64,000 bases of DNA from an uncultured bacterium (GTDB lineage Bacteria; Abyssobacteria; SURF-5): NCBI GenBank assembly GCA_964453435.1, contig CAYVQZ010000002.1, positions 20,555 through 84,554 of the forward strand, in the 5' to 3' direction. Both the position numbers and the translations under genes were made by a program. Under the pieces are notes generated by a model, which was not told the DNA's origin, ran no database searches, and saw nothing but the letters and a program-made list of their open reading frames with translations. Shown here one piece after another: positions 47,168 to 56,642 of this stretch (the stretch's first letter is position 1; each line of letters opens with the position of its first letter).

Positions 47168-47407
47168 ATGGCTATATCCGCGTATGTGTTTGTCGAATGC
47201 GCTCAGGGTAAGGCCCTGGATGTGAGCCATAAATTGTTGCAGATTGACGGTGTGCGGACATGTCATGCCGTAACGGGTCCGGTGGACGTGATTGCGTTCG
47301 TTGAAGCGGCGGATATCAACGAACTCGGAAGAGTGGTTGTCGATAAAATACAAGGCACTGACGGCGTTTTCCGCACCTCCACAAACATTGTGACCGGCGG
47401 GAGTTAA
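47168..47407 (+). CDS. stand-alone Lrp/AsnC-type RAM (ligand-binding) domain protein
   Basis: About 79 aa from ATG 47168 (MAISAYVFVECAQGKALDVSHKLLQIDGVRTCHAVTGPVDVIAFVEAADINELGRVVVDKIQGTDGVFRTST). The beta-alpha-beta-beta-alpha-beta pattern is that of the AsnC C-terminal domain, and there is no HTH. The track ORF begins at 47111. Confidence 0.5.
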   Translation: MAISAYVFVECAQGKALDVSHKLLQIDGVRTCHAVTGPVDVIAFVEAADINELGRVVVDKIQGTDGVFRTSTNIVTGGS

Positions 47408-47477
47408 CCCTCCCGCTGCGAGTCAAATCTTTCCGAAACGGTTATATGCCGGCGAACAAGCTCCGGAGGTAACCTCG

Positions 47478-47921
47478 ATGAAGATGTGTCCCGCCTGCCA
47501 TGCCGTGTTTGACGGAAGAAAATGGAACAGTCCGTCCCACGTTTCCCGCGAAAACCGGGATAGAGCCGAACAGGCGCTCTGCACCGCCTGTAAACGGATA
47601 CGGGATAAAGTGACGCTGGGGACCGTGTATCTCGACGGCGAAATAATCGTTTCGCGGACTGAGGAAATACTCAGGATGATTCGGCGCGAAGAAGAAATCG
47701 AGCACAGCAGGAATTACTGCTCTCGCATCCTTGATATTCGCACGAACGGCAAGAAAATGACGATACGGACGGTCAATTCAATTTTGGCAATCCATATAGC
47801 AAAACAGTTCAAAAAGGCATTCAAGGGCAGGATGGAGATATTCAAGGACACTCCCGGCCACAGGCCCCGAAACAAGCAAAGCGAGGGCACGGTGGCCGTG
47901 AAATGGATTCAGAGTCCCTGA
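47478..47921 (+). CDS. hypothetical zinc-ribbon protein (Cys4; possibly NMD3-N-like)
   Basis: 147 aa beginning MKMCPACHAVFDG...CTACKRIRD, then a mixed basic domain. No confident family assignment can be made from sequence alone. Confidence 0.35.
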   Translation: MKMCPACHAVFDGRKWNSPSHVSRENRDRAEQALCTACKRIRDKVTLGTVYLDGEIIVSRTEEILRMIRREEEIEHSRNYCSRILDIRTNGKKMTIRTVNSILAIHIAKQFKKAFKGRMEIFKDTPGHRPRNKQSEGTVAVKWIQSP

Positions 47922-47948
47922 AGCGCTTTCCCCGGAACGGACGAAACG

Positions 47949-48386
47949 ATGGACGGAGAAGGTTACAATTCGGCCAACGAGGACAAAAGCTTCAACCACG
48001 AACATGCCTGGTCCGCATTCTGCGAGGAGTTGCTGTGCTGCGCCGTCTGCGGGAAGCTCTATTTTTCGCGACATCCCGTAGCGTTGCTGTCATTTTCCCG
48101 AAAGAACTTCTATGTTTGTCTTGATTGCATCCGTTCGCTCAAGTGTTCCGTTTGCGGCAGGGCATCCGCGCCGGAGAACACGCTGGCGGTCGAAAACCTG
48201 CCCGAATCCTCGGTAGGCTACCTTTGTTCGCGGTGTCGCGAGAGGGTTTTGCTGGGAATACGCGGTTCTCGGTGGAAATTTTTCGGACGATTGCGATCCG
48301 GCATATCACGCGTGCTCGGCCTCCTCAAACGCCACACACTCAGAGTCGCGCGCATCAAAATATGGTCGCGAAGCCGCCGAGAGTGA
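47949..48386 (+). CDS. hypothetical Cys-rich small protein (multiple CxxC pairs)
   Basis: 145 aa with CAVCGK...CLDC...CSVCG...CSRC spaced like tandem zinc ribbons and a basic C-terminus. Coding status is uncertain. Confidence 0.3.
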   Translation: MDGEGYNSANEDKSFNHEHAWSAFCEELLCCAVCGKLYFSRHPVALLSFSRKNFYVCLDCIRSLKCSVCGRASAPENTLAVENLPESSVGYLCSRCRERVLLGIRGSRWKFFGRLRSGISRVLGLLKRHTLRVARIKIWSRSRRE

Positions 48387-48521
48387 ATTCGTGTCGGCCC
48401 CGCTTTCATGGTTCCGAAACGAGAACCCCCCGCAGACGTTTTTGGATAATGCGCCGCCTTGATATAATACTGCCGATACTATCTTGCCGTTTTTTCCCCA
48501 AATGAACAGCGAGGAGAGGTC

Positions 48522-50057
48522 ATGACGGTAGCAAAATATCTCACGGAGATGAACAGGGATTATCCTGAAAGGGACGCCATCGTTTACGGCGGTAACCGCT
48601 GGACCTATTGGGAGTATGAAAACATCGTAAATCGATTTGCCAACGCTTTGTCCGCCGCAGGTGTTCGGCTGGGCGACCGCCTGGCCATATTCAATACGAA
48701 CTGCCCCGAACATCTCTTTTTGCTTTTTGCGTCGGCGAAACTCGGAGCAATCTTCTGTCCCATGAACTGCCGTCTCAAGGGGAAGGAGCTTTCTCACGTT
48801 TTCACTGACTGCGAGCCAACCGTTGCGCTGGTTGGCAAACGATACGCCGGTGAGGTCATGGCGGTCACGAAAGACATCAAGACAACGAGGCGCACGCTTA
48901 TAATAGACGCTCTGCCGGGGGAGGATTCGTCCCTCCACGATTTCCTGGTTGACTCCGACGACATGCCCTTGCATGTCGACGTGCCCGGAGAATCGATTGC
49001 AATCATGTTGTATACCAGCGGGACGACCGGCCCGCACAAGGGTGTGATGCATTCCCACGACACCATTATCCAGCGATGTGAAGCGCGGAAGACAGCCTTT
49101 GATGACCCGTCATTGGAAAAGGTCGGTCTGCTCGCCGTGCCGGTGTTTCACGTTACCGGGGTGCAGGTCATTGTGAAGACGGCTGCCTCCGGCGGTACCC
49201 TCGTGGTACAGCCGCAGTTCAAGGTCGACGATTTTCTCCGCACCATCCAGGATGAGGGCGTCATGATGGCAATGGTTGTGCCGACCATGCTCGAACATAT
49301 GGTGGAATACCCTGATTTGGACAAATACAACCTGGACAGCCTGCGTGTTCTTGTCTATGGCGGCTCACCCGCTTCGCCCGACCTGATTCGCAGGGCTATG
49401 CGGAAGCTGCCCTGCATGTTCATTCAGGGTTACGGTCTCACAGAAGCCGGTGTGACCTGGCTTCAGCCGAACGAACATTCTCTCGAAGCGCCACAAGGAA
49501 GGCGGGACCCGTTGGAATCCGTGGGCAGAGCGGTGCCGGGTCTCGAGATTGCCATCGTCGACGACGAGGGCAGACACGCGCCGTCCGGGACGGTAGGCGA
49601 GATCAAGATTCGTGGGACCGGCATCATGCAGGGATACTGGCGCAGGGAAGAAGACACCAGGCTCTCCGTTCGCGACGGCTGGTTCTACACGGGCGACATC
49701 GGATATCTCGACGAGGATGGCTTTCTCTTCATTTCAGGTCGGAAGAAGGACATTATCATCCGGGGCGGCGAGAACATTGTGCCGGTCGAAGTGGAGAGTG
49801 TGCTCGCATCCCACCCCGCCGTGGCCGAAGCGGCCGTCTTTGGGGTTCCTGACCGCAGGTGGGGAGAAATCGTTGCGGCGGCGGTTGTGCTGAGGCCGTC
49901 TCACACGGTTACATCCGATGATTTGATCGAATATTGCAGAGAACGGATTGCGAGCTACAAGAAACCCGAACTCGTGTATTTTCTAAAAGCTCTGCCTCGA
50001 AATGCGGCCGGAAAAATCCTGAAAACCGAACTCAGGAGAACATATGGCGGCTCCTGA
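48522..50057 (+). CDS. AMP-dependent acyl-CoA synthetase/ligase (fatty-acid--CoA ligase-like)
   Basis: 511 aa with MLYTSGTTGPHKGVMHSH, YGLTEAG, WFYTGDIGYLDEDGFLFISGRKKD and a C-terminal conserved Lys, all AMP-binding superfamily signatures. Confidence 0.8.
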   Translation: MTVAKYLTEMNRDYPERDAIVYGGNRWTYWEYENIVNRFANALSAAGVRLGDRLAIFNTNCPEHLFLLFASAKLGAIFCPMNCRLKGKELSHVFTDCEPTVALVGKRYAGEVMAVTKDIKTTRRTLIIDALPGEDSSLHDFLVDSDDMPLHVDVPGESIAIMLYTSGTTGPHKGVMHSHDTIIQRCEARKTAFDDPSLEKVGLLAVPVFHVTGVQVIVKTAASGGTLVVQPQFKVDDFLRTIQDEGVMMAMVVPTMLEHMVEYPDLDKYNLDSLRVLVYGGSPASPDLIRRAMRKLPCMFIQGYGLTEAGVTWLQPNEHSLEAPQGRRDPLESVGRAVPGLEIAIVDDEGRHAPSGTVGEIKIRGTGIMQGYWRREEDTRLSVRDGWFYTGDIGYLDEDGFLFISGRKKDIIIRGGENIVPVEVESVLASHPAVAEAAVFGVPDRRWGEIVAAAVVLRPSHTVTSDDLIEYCRERIASYKKPELVYFLKALPRNAAGKILKTELRRTYGGS

Positions 50058-50064
50058 GAAATCT

Positions 50065-50826
50065 TCAGGTCAGCGACCCGCCGTCGATATTAATAATAGC
50101 TCCCGTCACATAGCTTGCGGCGTCCGACGCGAGAAATATCGCCAGTCCGACAATCTCATCCGGGGTGGCGAGCCGGCCGAGCGGTATGTCGCGAACCACT
50201 TCGGCGTACATCTCGGGACTGCTCCAAATCGCTTCGCTGAATTTGGTTTCCACCATTCCCGGCGAGATTGCGTTCACGCGGATACCCACTCCGGCGAGTT
50301 CCTTTGCGAGAGCCTTCGTCAGCATGTCCACGCCGGCTTTGCTCACGCTGTACGCCCCCAACAGGGGAGCGGCCCGTTGGCCGGCGGTTGACGAAATATT
50401 GATAATCGCGCCCCTGCCCTGGGACATCATTATACGACCGACCGCCTGACAAAAGAGGAACTGACTCTTCAAGTTCGTGGTGACGATTTTGTCCCAGCCG
50501 TCTTCCCGCAGGTTCATTAAGGGCGACATGATGTTACGGGCCACATTGTTCACGAGAATATCTATGCGACCGAACTTCTCGTGGGCCTCGGACACGAAGC
50601 GGTCGATGTCCTCCTTTTTGCTGACATCCGCCGCCAAAGCGAAAGCCTTTCTGCCCAACTTCTCGATTTCTGATGCCACCGGCTCCAAATCCTCCAGCTT
50701 TCTGCTGCAGATTGCCACATCGGCGCCCGCATCAGCGAATCCGAGAGCTATGGCTTTCCCGATCCCGCGGCTCGCTCCGGTCACGATTGTCTTTTTCCCC
50801 TTCAGGGCAAATTGCTCGATCGACAT
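50065..50826 (-). CDS. short-chain dehydrogenase/reductase (FabG-like 3-oxoacyl reductase)
   Basis: 253 aa with TGASRGIGKAIA, NNVA, the catalytic S...YSVSKAG, and PGMVETK. Confidence 0.8.
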   Translation of the reverse strand: MSIEQFALKGKKTIVTGASRGIGKAIALGFADAGADVAICSRKLEDLEPVASEIEKLGRKAFALAADVSKKEDIDRFVSEAHEKFGRIDILVNNVARNIMSPLMNLREDGWDKIVTTNLKSQFLFCQAVGRIMMSQGRGAIINISSTAGQRAAPLLGAYSVSKAGVDMLTKALAKELAGVGIRVNAISPGMVETKFSEAIWSSPEMYAEVVRDIPLGRLATPDEIVGLAIFLASDAASYVTGAIINIDGGSLT

Positions 50827-50949
50827 GAAAAACGCTCCTTCTCGCGACAGTTCCGTTTATCTACCAGCGGTTTCCAAATCATATCACCCCGCAAGTTCCT
50901 TGTCAATTGGGCGAAACCGCAGGTTGGAGAGTCAATGAAGCCCGAAAAC

Positions 50950-52290
50950 TTATGGTCTCTTCACGAACTCGCCGTGGCCTTTTTTGCCGACAACGGCTCC
51001 GTCGAGAAACACCGTTTCCCCCCGAACCATCGTACGTTGCGGAAAGCAGGCGGCCAGGCCTTTGAACGGTGTCCACTCTGAGCCAATCAGCGCGTCTTCA
51101 TCGATTGGTCGCTCATTACTCAAGTCGTAGATTGCGAAATCCGCGTCCGCTCCCACTCTGCATGCGCCTTTCCTCGGAAAGAGTCCACACAGTCGGGCAG
51201 GGCCTTCTGCGGTGACTTCGACGAGCCTCTGCAGAGTTATCCGCTTCGGTTTCACTCCGTTGCTTATCAATAACGGCACGAGTGTCTGGATTCCCGGCGC
51301 TCCCGCGGGCGTCTCCCATATGTCCGGGGTTTCTTTCTGGACCCGCTCATAGGGGCAGTGGTCGGAGGCGACATTATCGACCTCGCCTGCCGCGACCCTT
51401 TCCCATAGGGTTTCAATATTCTGCCGTGTGCGGAGCGGGGGCGCAATTTTGGCGAAACCGCCTTGGCGCTCCAATTCTTTTTCCTCGAGCACCAGGTAAT
51501 GAGGACATGTTTCAACGGTGACGCTCTGACCGGCTTTCCTCGCCGCGTCAACCATTTTTACTCCGCTCGCGAGGCTGCAATGGAAAATATGGAGCGGGAC
51601 GCCGGCATGCGCGGCAAGAAAAAGCGCGCGGTGGATCGCCTCCAGTTCCGTGATGGGAGGGTGTGATTCTATAAACGCCATTCCGTCCGTTCGCCCTTTT
51701 GTTTTCAATGATTCTTCAAGGTGCGCGATCATGTCATTGTTCTCGGCGTGGACGCCCACCGGCAAACCGGTTTCTCGCACCAGTTGAAGAGCGTCGAGAA
51801 GAAGCCCGTCATGCAGGTGCGGCAGCATCGAGACGCTTGACTGCATAAAGAACTTATAGCCGACGATTCCCGATCCCGCCAGGTCGGAAATCGTCGAGAG
51901 GTCGAACGCCAGGGCCGTTCCCCACAAAGCGAAATCGACGTATGCCTTTGGAGAAATTGATTCTAATTTTATCTGCAAGGTGTCGCGATTGAATGTTGCC
52001 GGCATTTGGAATGGCATGTCCACGATGGTAGTAACACCGCCGGCGGCAGCGGCCTGACTCGCCGTATCGAAACCGATCGTATCGGAAGGTCCGGGATCGA
52101 CTGAATGACAGTGAGTGTCAACCGCTCCGGGCAGGATAACCTTGCCTGTCGCGTCGACGGTCTCGCTTGCCTCGCCAAGGTGGCCCGGCAAACCGGCTGC
52201 CGCAATTTTCCCCTCGCTGACGCCGATATCTCGGGGCGCCACTTCTTCCGATGTGGCCAAGAGCCCGTTGATGATTTTCAATTCGAACAT
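50950..52290 (-). CDS. cyclic amidohydrolase (dihydroorotase/allantoinase/dihydropyrimidinase-like), amidohydrolase superfamily
   Basis: 446 aa with the N-terminal metal-binding DTHCH, the internal HAEN/HIFHCS histidines, and a C-terminal Asp, matching the Amidohydro_1 fold. Confidence 0.7.
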   Translation of the reverse strand: MFELKIINGLLATSEEVAPRDIGVSEGKIAAAGLPGHLGEASETVDATGKVILPGAVDTHCHSVDPGPSDTIGFDTASQAAAAGGVTTIVDMPFQMPATFNRDTLQIKLESISPKAYVDFALWGTALAFDLSTISDLAGSGIVGYKFFMQSSVSMLPHLHDGLLLDALQLVRETGLPVGVHAENNDMIAHLEESLKTKGRTDGMAFIESHPPITELEAIHRALFLAAHAGVPLHIFHCSLASGVKMVDAARKAGQSVTVETCPHYLVLEEKELERQGGFAKIAPPLRTRQNIETLWERVAAGEVDNVASDHCPYERVQKETPDIWETPAGAPGIQTLVPLLISNGVKPKRITLQRLVEVTAEGPARLCGLFPRKGACRVGADADFAIYDLSNERPIDEDALIGSEWTPFKGLAACFPQRTMVRGETVFLDGAVVGKKGHGEFVKRP

Positions 52291-52480
52291 TGTGATGCCT
52301 CCTCATGTTGATTTGAAGATTTCCGGGTTTGCGCCACGGTGAGACCGATTCACACTCCCACTGCGCGGAAAGAGGGGCGATTGCATAATTGGCTGCGCCG
52401 TTCCCGTATGCTTTCTTCGCGGAGCGGATACCCTTTCCCCGAAATGCGCGTCAATGAATTGCCGGAACGCCACGGTGTCC

Positions 52481-53902
52481 CTAATATTTTCCCTCTTGAG
52501 TCAGTCGAAACTGTGTCGTGTTTCTTTTTCGAACAAGGGCATCGGCGGCCTCGGACAACTCCTCGGCCGCTCGCTGGGCAAACGCCAGCGATTCCCGTTC
52601 GTCAAAGGTCAGAAGCGTGCCATTTTCATGTACCACCTTACCGTCGATAATCGACATCGAGACCTCTGTCCCGTTTGCCGAGAGCACGAGATTGGGCACA
52701 ATGTTTCTGACCGGCCTTCTGAGGACAGGGGTCATCGTGGGTCGGTCCAAGTCCACCAATATGATATCCGCTTTCTTGCCGGTTTCGAGGGAGCCTATTT
52801 CGTTTCCGAGTCCGATTGCCCGCGCCCCTTCAATCGTTGCCATGCGCAGAACCTTCCAGGCGGGCATCTCGGTCAAATCCCGTCTTTTCATCTTTAAGAG
52901 CAGGCAGGCCGTCTTCAGTTCAAGGAAGATGTTGGCGCCATTGTTGGTGCAGGTCTCATCTGTGCCGAGACATACGTTGCCGCCCGCCCTGCTGAAGACA
53001 TCCGCCGGAGAAGCGATGCCGTCGCACAGAACCTGGCTTGAAGGACAGAAGGCCATCGAGGCTCCCGACCGGGCAACCTCTTTTACCTCTTCCTCGGCGC
53101 ATCTGCTCATGTGAACGGCGAGCAGTCTTTCGCCGAGATAGCCGATTTCCTTCAGGAATTCCACGGGCCGCTTACGATACCGTTTCTTAATTTGGATAAG
53201 TTCCACTTCGCTCTGTGCGACATGATGATGGAGTTTCACGCCGTATCTCTCGGCACATTCGCGGATTCGCACGAGAAGTTCTTTGCTGCAGTAGTCGGGC
53301 CCCTGCGGACCGAGCATGGCCGTAATGCGACCGTTGCCCGCTCCGTTCCACTTCTCAATCAGTTCGAGGTTTTCCATGAGGCGGAATTCGCCAATGGAAG
53401 GCTCGAACGGGTAGAGCTCGTTCGGTCCGAGTTCGCTCTCGATTGGAGGAACTTCGCTGATAAGACCGCTCAGAGCCGCGCGCACCCCGATTTTTTCGTA
53501 GAAGGGAGCTACAAATGAGATGCCCGGGCCGTAATCCCCAAACGTGGTTGTGCCCGAACGCAAAGCTTCCGCTGCGACAAGTTGCGCGCCCGCATGAATG
53601 GCGTCTGCGGTAAGATTGTTGAAATAGGGGTCCACTCCCTCGTGCCACGTCGGCGCATCCTGCGCAAGGCCTCTCGACAGCGCAATCACAGTGTGCATGT
53701 GGCCGTCGATAAAACCCGGCAGAACGGCTTTCATTCGGGCATCGACCATTCGCTCCGCCGTGAATTCACGCTCCAGGGCGGCCGTGGGTCCGACAGCCTT
53801 GATGCTGGCGCCGTCGACCGCGACGGCGCCGTCCTCGATGTAACCCACTCCGTCACCGGTCATCGTGAACACATCACCGTGGACGATAAGCATGTCGATC
53901 AT
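52481..53902 (-). CDS. amidohydrolase-superfamily deaminase/chlorohydrolase-like protein (MtaD/SsnA/guanine-deaminase family)
   Basis: 473 aa with the N-terminal PGFIDGHMHT, the internal HHHVAQSE, and HMS/CP...D, typical of the aminohydrolase subgroup. Confidence 0.7.
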   Translation of the reverse strand: MIDMLIVHGDVFTMTGDGVGYIEDGAVAVDGASIKAVGPTAALEREFTAERMVDARMKAVLPGFIDGHMHTVIALSRGLAQDAPTWHEGVDPYFNNLTADAIHAGAQLVAAEALRSGTTTFGDYGPGISFVAPFYEKIGVRAALSGLISEVPPIESELGPNELYPFEPSIGEFRLMENLELIEKWNGAGNGRITAMLGPQGPDYCSKELLVRIRECAERYGVKLHHHVAQSEVELIQIKKRYRKRPVEFLKEIGYLGERLLAVHMSRCAEEEVKEVARSGASMAFCPSSQVLCDGIASPADVFSRAGGNVCLGTDETCTNNGANIFLELKTACLLLKMKRRDLTEMPAWKVLRMATIEGARAIGLGNEIGSLETGKKADIILVDLDRPTMTPVLRRPVRNIVPNLVLSANGTEVSMSIIDGKVVHENGTLLTFDERESLAFAQRAAEELSEAADALVRKRNTTQFRLTQEGKY

Positions 53903-54253
53903 GTCCCGCTTCTCCGCAGATTGTTCTGAATGGAACCACTCGTTCGGATCGGATAATTCAGCATCCTATAATAAACCCGACTCGAAATCAACGCCGAGCA
54001 TCCTACACACCGACGCATGCAGGGCAAAGCGGCGCGCATTTGGCGCCCCCGAAGCGTGGGTAGTGAGGGTAAAGCTTCATGAGGGAGAATATGAGCGCGG
54101 TTGCCGGTGATTCGTTGACACTGTCACGTGGCGACTATTATGATGATTCTCCAGTGAGAGAAGCCACGAACGAGGAGTCACGATTGTTTCTCGGAACGGG
54201 CTGAGAGACAGCTCTATAAATCCTTCAGCTCTTGGGAAAGGAGTCAGCCGAAA

Positions 54254-55018
54254 ATGGATACGATAAGGATTATGCCGTGTCTCGATATGAAAGAGGGTCG
54301 GGTCGTGAAAGGAATTCATTTCGTGGACTTGAAAGACGCCGGCGATCCCGTCGGAAACGCAAAACTGTATCAGAATGAAGGAGCGGACGAGTTGGCCATG
54401 CTCGACATCGCGGCCACCCTCGAGAACCGAAAAACCAGGCTGGAATGGATTCGGAACGTGGCATCGGTCATACGGATTCCGCTCACCGTTGGCGGCGGCA
54501 TTGCAAGCCTGGAAGACATCGAGTTGGTGCTCGATGCGGGAGCCGCTTGTGTTTCGATGAACAGCGCCGCAGTTCGAGACCCATCGATAATCGAGAGCGC
54601 AGCCCGTAAATTTGGGTCGCGCAGAATAACAGTCGCCATCGACGCCAGGAGAAACCCCGCAATGGAGTCCGGCTTCGAACTGGTTGTCTCGGGCGGCACG
54701 AAGCCGGTGGGAAAAGACGCCGTTGCCTGGGCGCGACAGTGCGAGGCGCTCGGGGCAGGTGTGATTCTACCCACCAGCATGGACGCCGATGGAACAAAGG
54801 AAGGGTACGATTTGGAATTTACACGGGCCATCTCGGATGCGGTCAATCTTCCCGTTGTGGCGTCCGGAGGAGCAGGCGCGTTGGAGCATTTCTACGATGC
54901 CGTCGTCAAAGGGGGCGCCACGATTCTGCTGGCCGCATCGGTGTTCCATTATCGAACCTTCAGCGTCCGCGAAGTCAAGGAATTTCTGCATCGGAAAGGA
55001 TTGAAGGTCAATTTGTGA
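54254..55018 (+). CDS. hisF: imidazole glycerol phosphate synthase cyclase subunit HisF (no other his genes adjacent)
   Basis: 254 aa: IMPCLDMKEGRVVKGIHFVDLKDAGDPV...ADELAMLDIAAT...IPLTVGGGI...ACVSMNSAAV...RITVAIDARR...VILPTSMDADGT...PVVASGGAG is the textbook HisF signature. Confidence 0.85.
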   Translation: MDTIRIMPCLDMKEGRVVKGIHFVDLKDAGDPVGNAKLYQNEGADELAMLDIAATLENRKTRLEWIRNVASVIRIPLTVGGGIASLEDIELVLDAGAACVSMNSAAVRDPSIIESAARKFGSRRITVAIDARRNPAMESGFELVVSGGTKPVGKDAVAWARQCEALGAGVILPTSMDADGTKEGYDLEFTRAISDAVNLPVVASGGAGALEHFYDAVVKGGATILLAASVFHYRTFSVREVKEFLHRKGLKVNL

Positions 55019-55044
55019 GGCTGGTCGCGAAAGGAAGAGGAGGC

Positions 55045-56493
55045 TTAATATTCGCGGCGGTATTTTGAGGAGAGAATGCCGAGTTCCTCCCGATATTTGG
55101 CGGCGGTGCGGCGGGCGATGTTGAGTCCCCTTTTGTTCAAGACCTCGGTAATCTTCTGATCGCTGAGCGGCTTGTGTTTGTTCTCGTTTTCGATAAGTGT
55201 TCGGATCAGTTCCTTGACGCTTGTCGATGAGGTCGCCTCGCCGTCGGAGCTTTCTATCCCGGAAGAGAAGAAGTACTTCAACTCGAAGATTCCCCGCGGC
55301 GACTCCATGTATTTATTGGTGGTCACCCGGCTCACGGTCGACTCGTGCATTCCTATGCGCTCAGCGATTTCCTTCAGAGTCAACGGCTTGAGATAGGCGA
55401 CCCCTCTATCGAAAAATTCTCTTTGGACATCCACAATATTTTCGGCCACCTTCTGAATGGTCTCTTTCCGCTGCTCGATGTTTTTGACCAGCCACTGGGC
55501 GGCCCGAAGCTTGTCGCGCACGTATTCCTTTGTCTGCGGGTTGTCGTTGTATCCTTTGAGGAGTTTCCGGTAAAACGAGCTTATGCGAAGTTTGGGAAGT
55601 CCGTCGTCGTTGATATAGACGACATAATCATTGTCGACCTTTTTGACGATGACGTCCGGCACAACATAAATAACCTCGCGGTTGCCGAAATACCGTCCCG
55701 GCATTGGTTCGAGCGATGCAATGATTGCGGCCAGGTCCTGGACTTCCTGAACCGTTGATTTGAGCGCCTGCGCTATTTTCGGATATTGCTTCTTCGCGAG
55801 TTGCTCAAGGTGGTCCTCAACGATCTTCCGCAAGAGAGGCTTGTCGGGATGCGACGCCTCGATCTGGATTAGCAGGCACTCGCGAAGATCGCGAGCACCG
55901 ATTCCGGTGGGGGTGAACGTGTGGACTATCTTCAGGACGCGCTCGATTTCCTCGGGAGGCACACCCAGCTTCTCTGCTCCGGCCTCGATAGACGAGGAGA
56001 AATAACCGCGTTCGTCGATCTCACTGATAATCCATTCGCCGATCTTGTAGTCTTTCTCGCTGTCGGTGCTCAAAGATAACTGGCTCAGCAGATTCTTGTT
56101 CATCGACTCCGGCTCGGCGGCCGTATTCTCAATGAATCCCCTTTTGCCGTCCTCGTCGCCGACGCTGAAATCGCGCCCTTCATAATAATAATCGTTATAG
56201 GACGCCATCAGGTTTTCGAGTTCTTTGTCGATATCACGCTGCTTGTCGTCGAGTTCGCGCGTTTCTCCGTCCGATGATTCGGGTTCCGCCGTCTGGTCGC
56301 CGGCCGATGGAACTTCCATTTCCTGGGTCTGGCTGGGCTCTTCCTCCAAAAGGAAATTTTCCGTAAGCTGTTGCTGGATATATTTTTCCAGTTCGAGCGT
56401 GGAAAGCTGCAATATCTCGATGGCCTGCTGCATCTTAGGGGTCAGTATCATCTGCTGTACTGTCCCCTGAATCAGTGTCTGTTGGAGCGCCAT
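55045..56493 (-). CDS. rpoN: RNA polymerase sigma-54 factor
   Basis: 482 aa with a Gln/Leu-rich N-terminal region I (MALQQTLIQGTVQQMILTPKMQQAIEILQLSTLELEKYIQQQL), an acidic region II, and the C-terminal RpoN box ARRTAAKYRE. Confidence 0.85.
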   Translation of the reverse strand: MALQQTLIQGTVQQMILTPKMQQAIEILQLSTLELEKYIQQQLTENFLLEEEPSQTQEMEVPSAGDQTAEPESSDGETRELDDKQRDIDKELENLMASYNDYYYEGRDFSVGDEDGKRGFIENTAAEPESMNKNLLSQLSLSTDSEKDYKIGEWIISEIDERGYFSSSIEAGAEKLGVPPEEIERVLKIVHTFTPTGIGARDLRECLLIQIEASHPDKPLLRKIVEDHLEQLAKKQYPKIAQALKSTVQEVQDLAAIIASLEPMPGRYFGNREVIYVVPDVIVKKVDNDYVVYINDDGLPKLRISSFYRKLLKGYNDNPQTKEYVRDKLRAAQWLVKNIEQRKETIQKVAENIVDVQREFFDRGVAYLKPLTLKEIAERIGMHESTVSRVTTNKYMESPRGIFELKYFFSSGIESSDGEATSSTSVKELIRTLIENENKHKPLSDQKITEVLNKRGLNIARRTAAKYREELGILSSKYRREY

Positions 56494-56560
56494 TTCCTTA
56501 CCTTGGTATCGGCTTTGTTCCTTTGTTCTACCGTGATAATTTTACCCCAACTTCGGTCTT

Positions 56561-56597
56561 TTGTCAATTGACAACGCGCGCCCGTCACTGGTATACT
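56561..56597 (+). promoter_or_regulatory. candidate sigma70 promoter (TTGACA-18-TATACT) whose -35 lies inside a perfect 14-bp palindrome TTGTCAATTGACAA
   Basis: The palindrome is at 56561-56574, with TTGACA at 56568-56573 and TATACT at 56592-56597. It sits in the divergent region between rpoN and the MBL-fold gene. Confidence 0.35.
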
Positions 56598-56642
56598 GCG
56601 GCAAACAAGCCTGGTTGCCTCGCTCAAGATTTTGTGTTCCAA

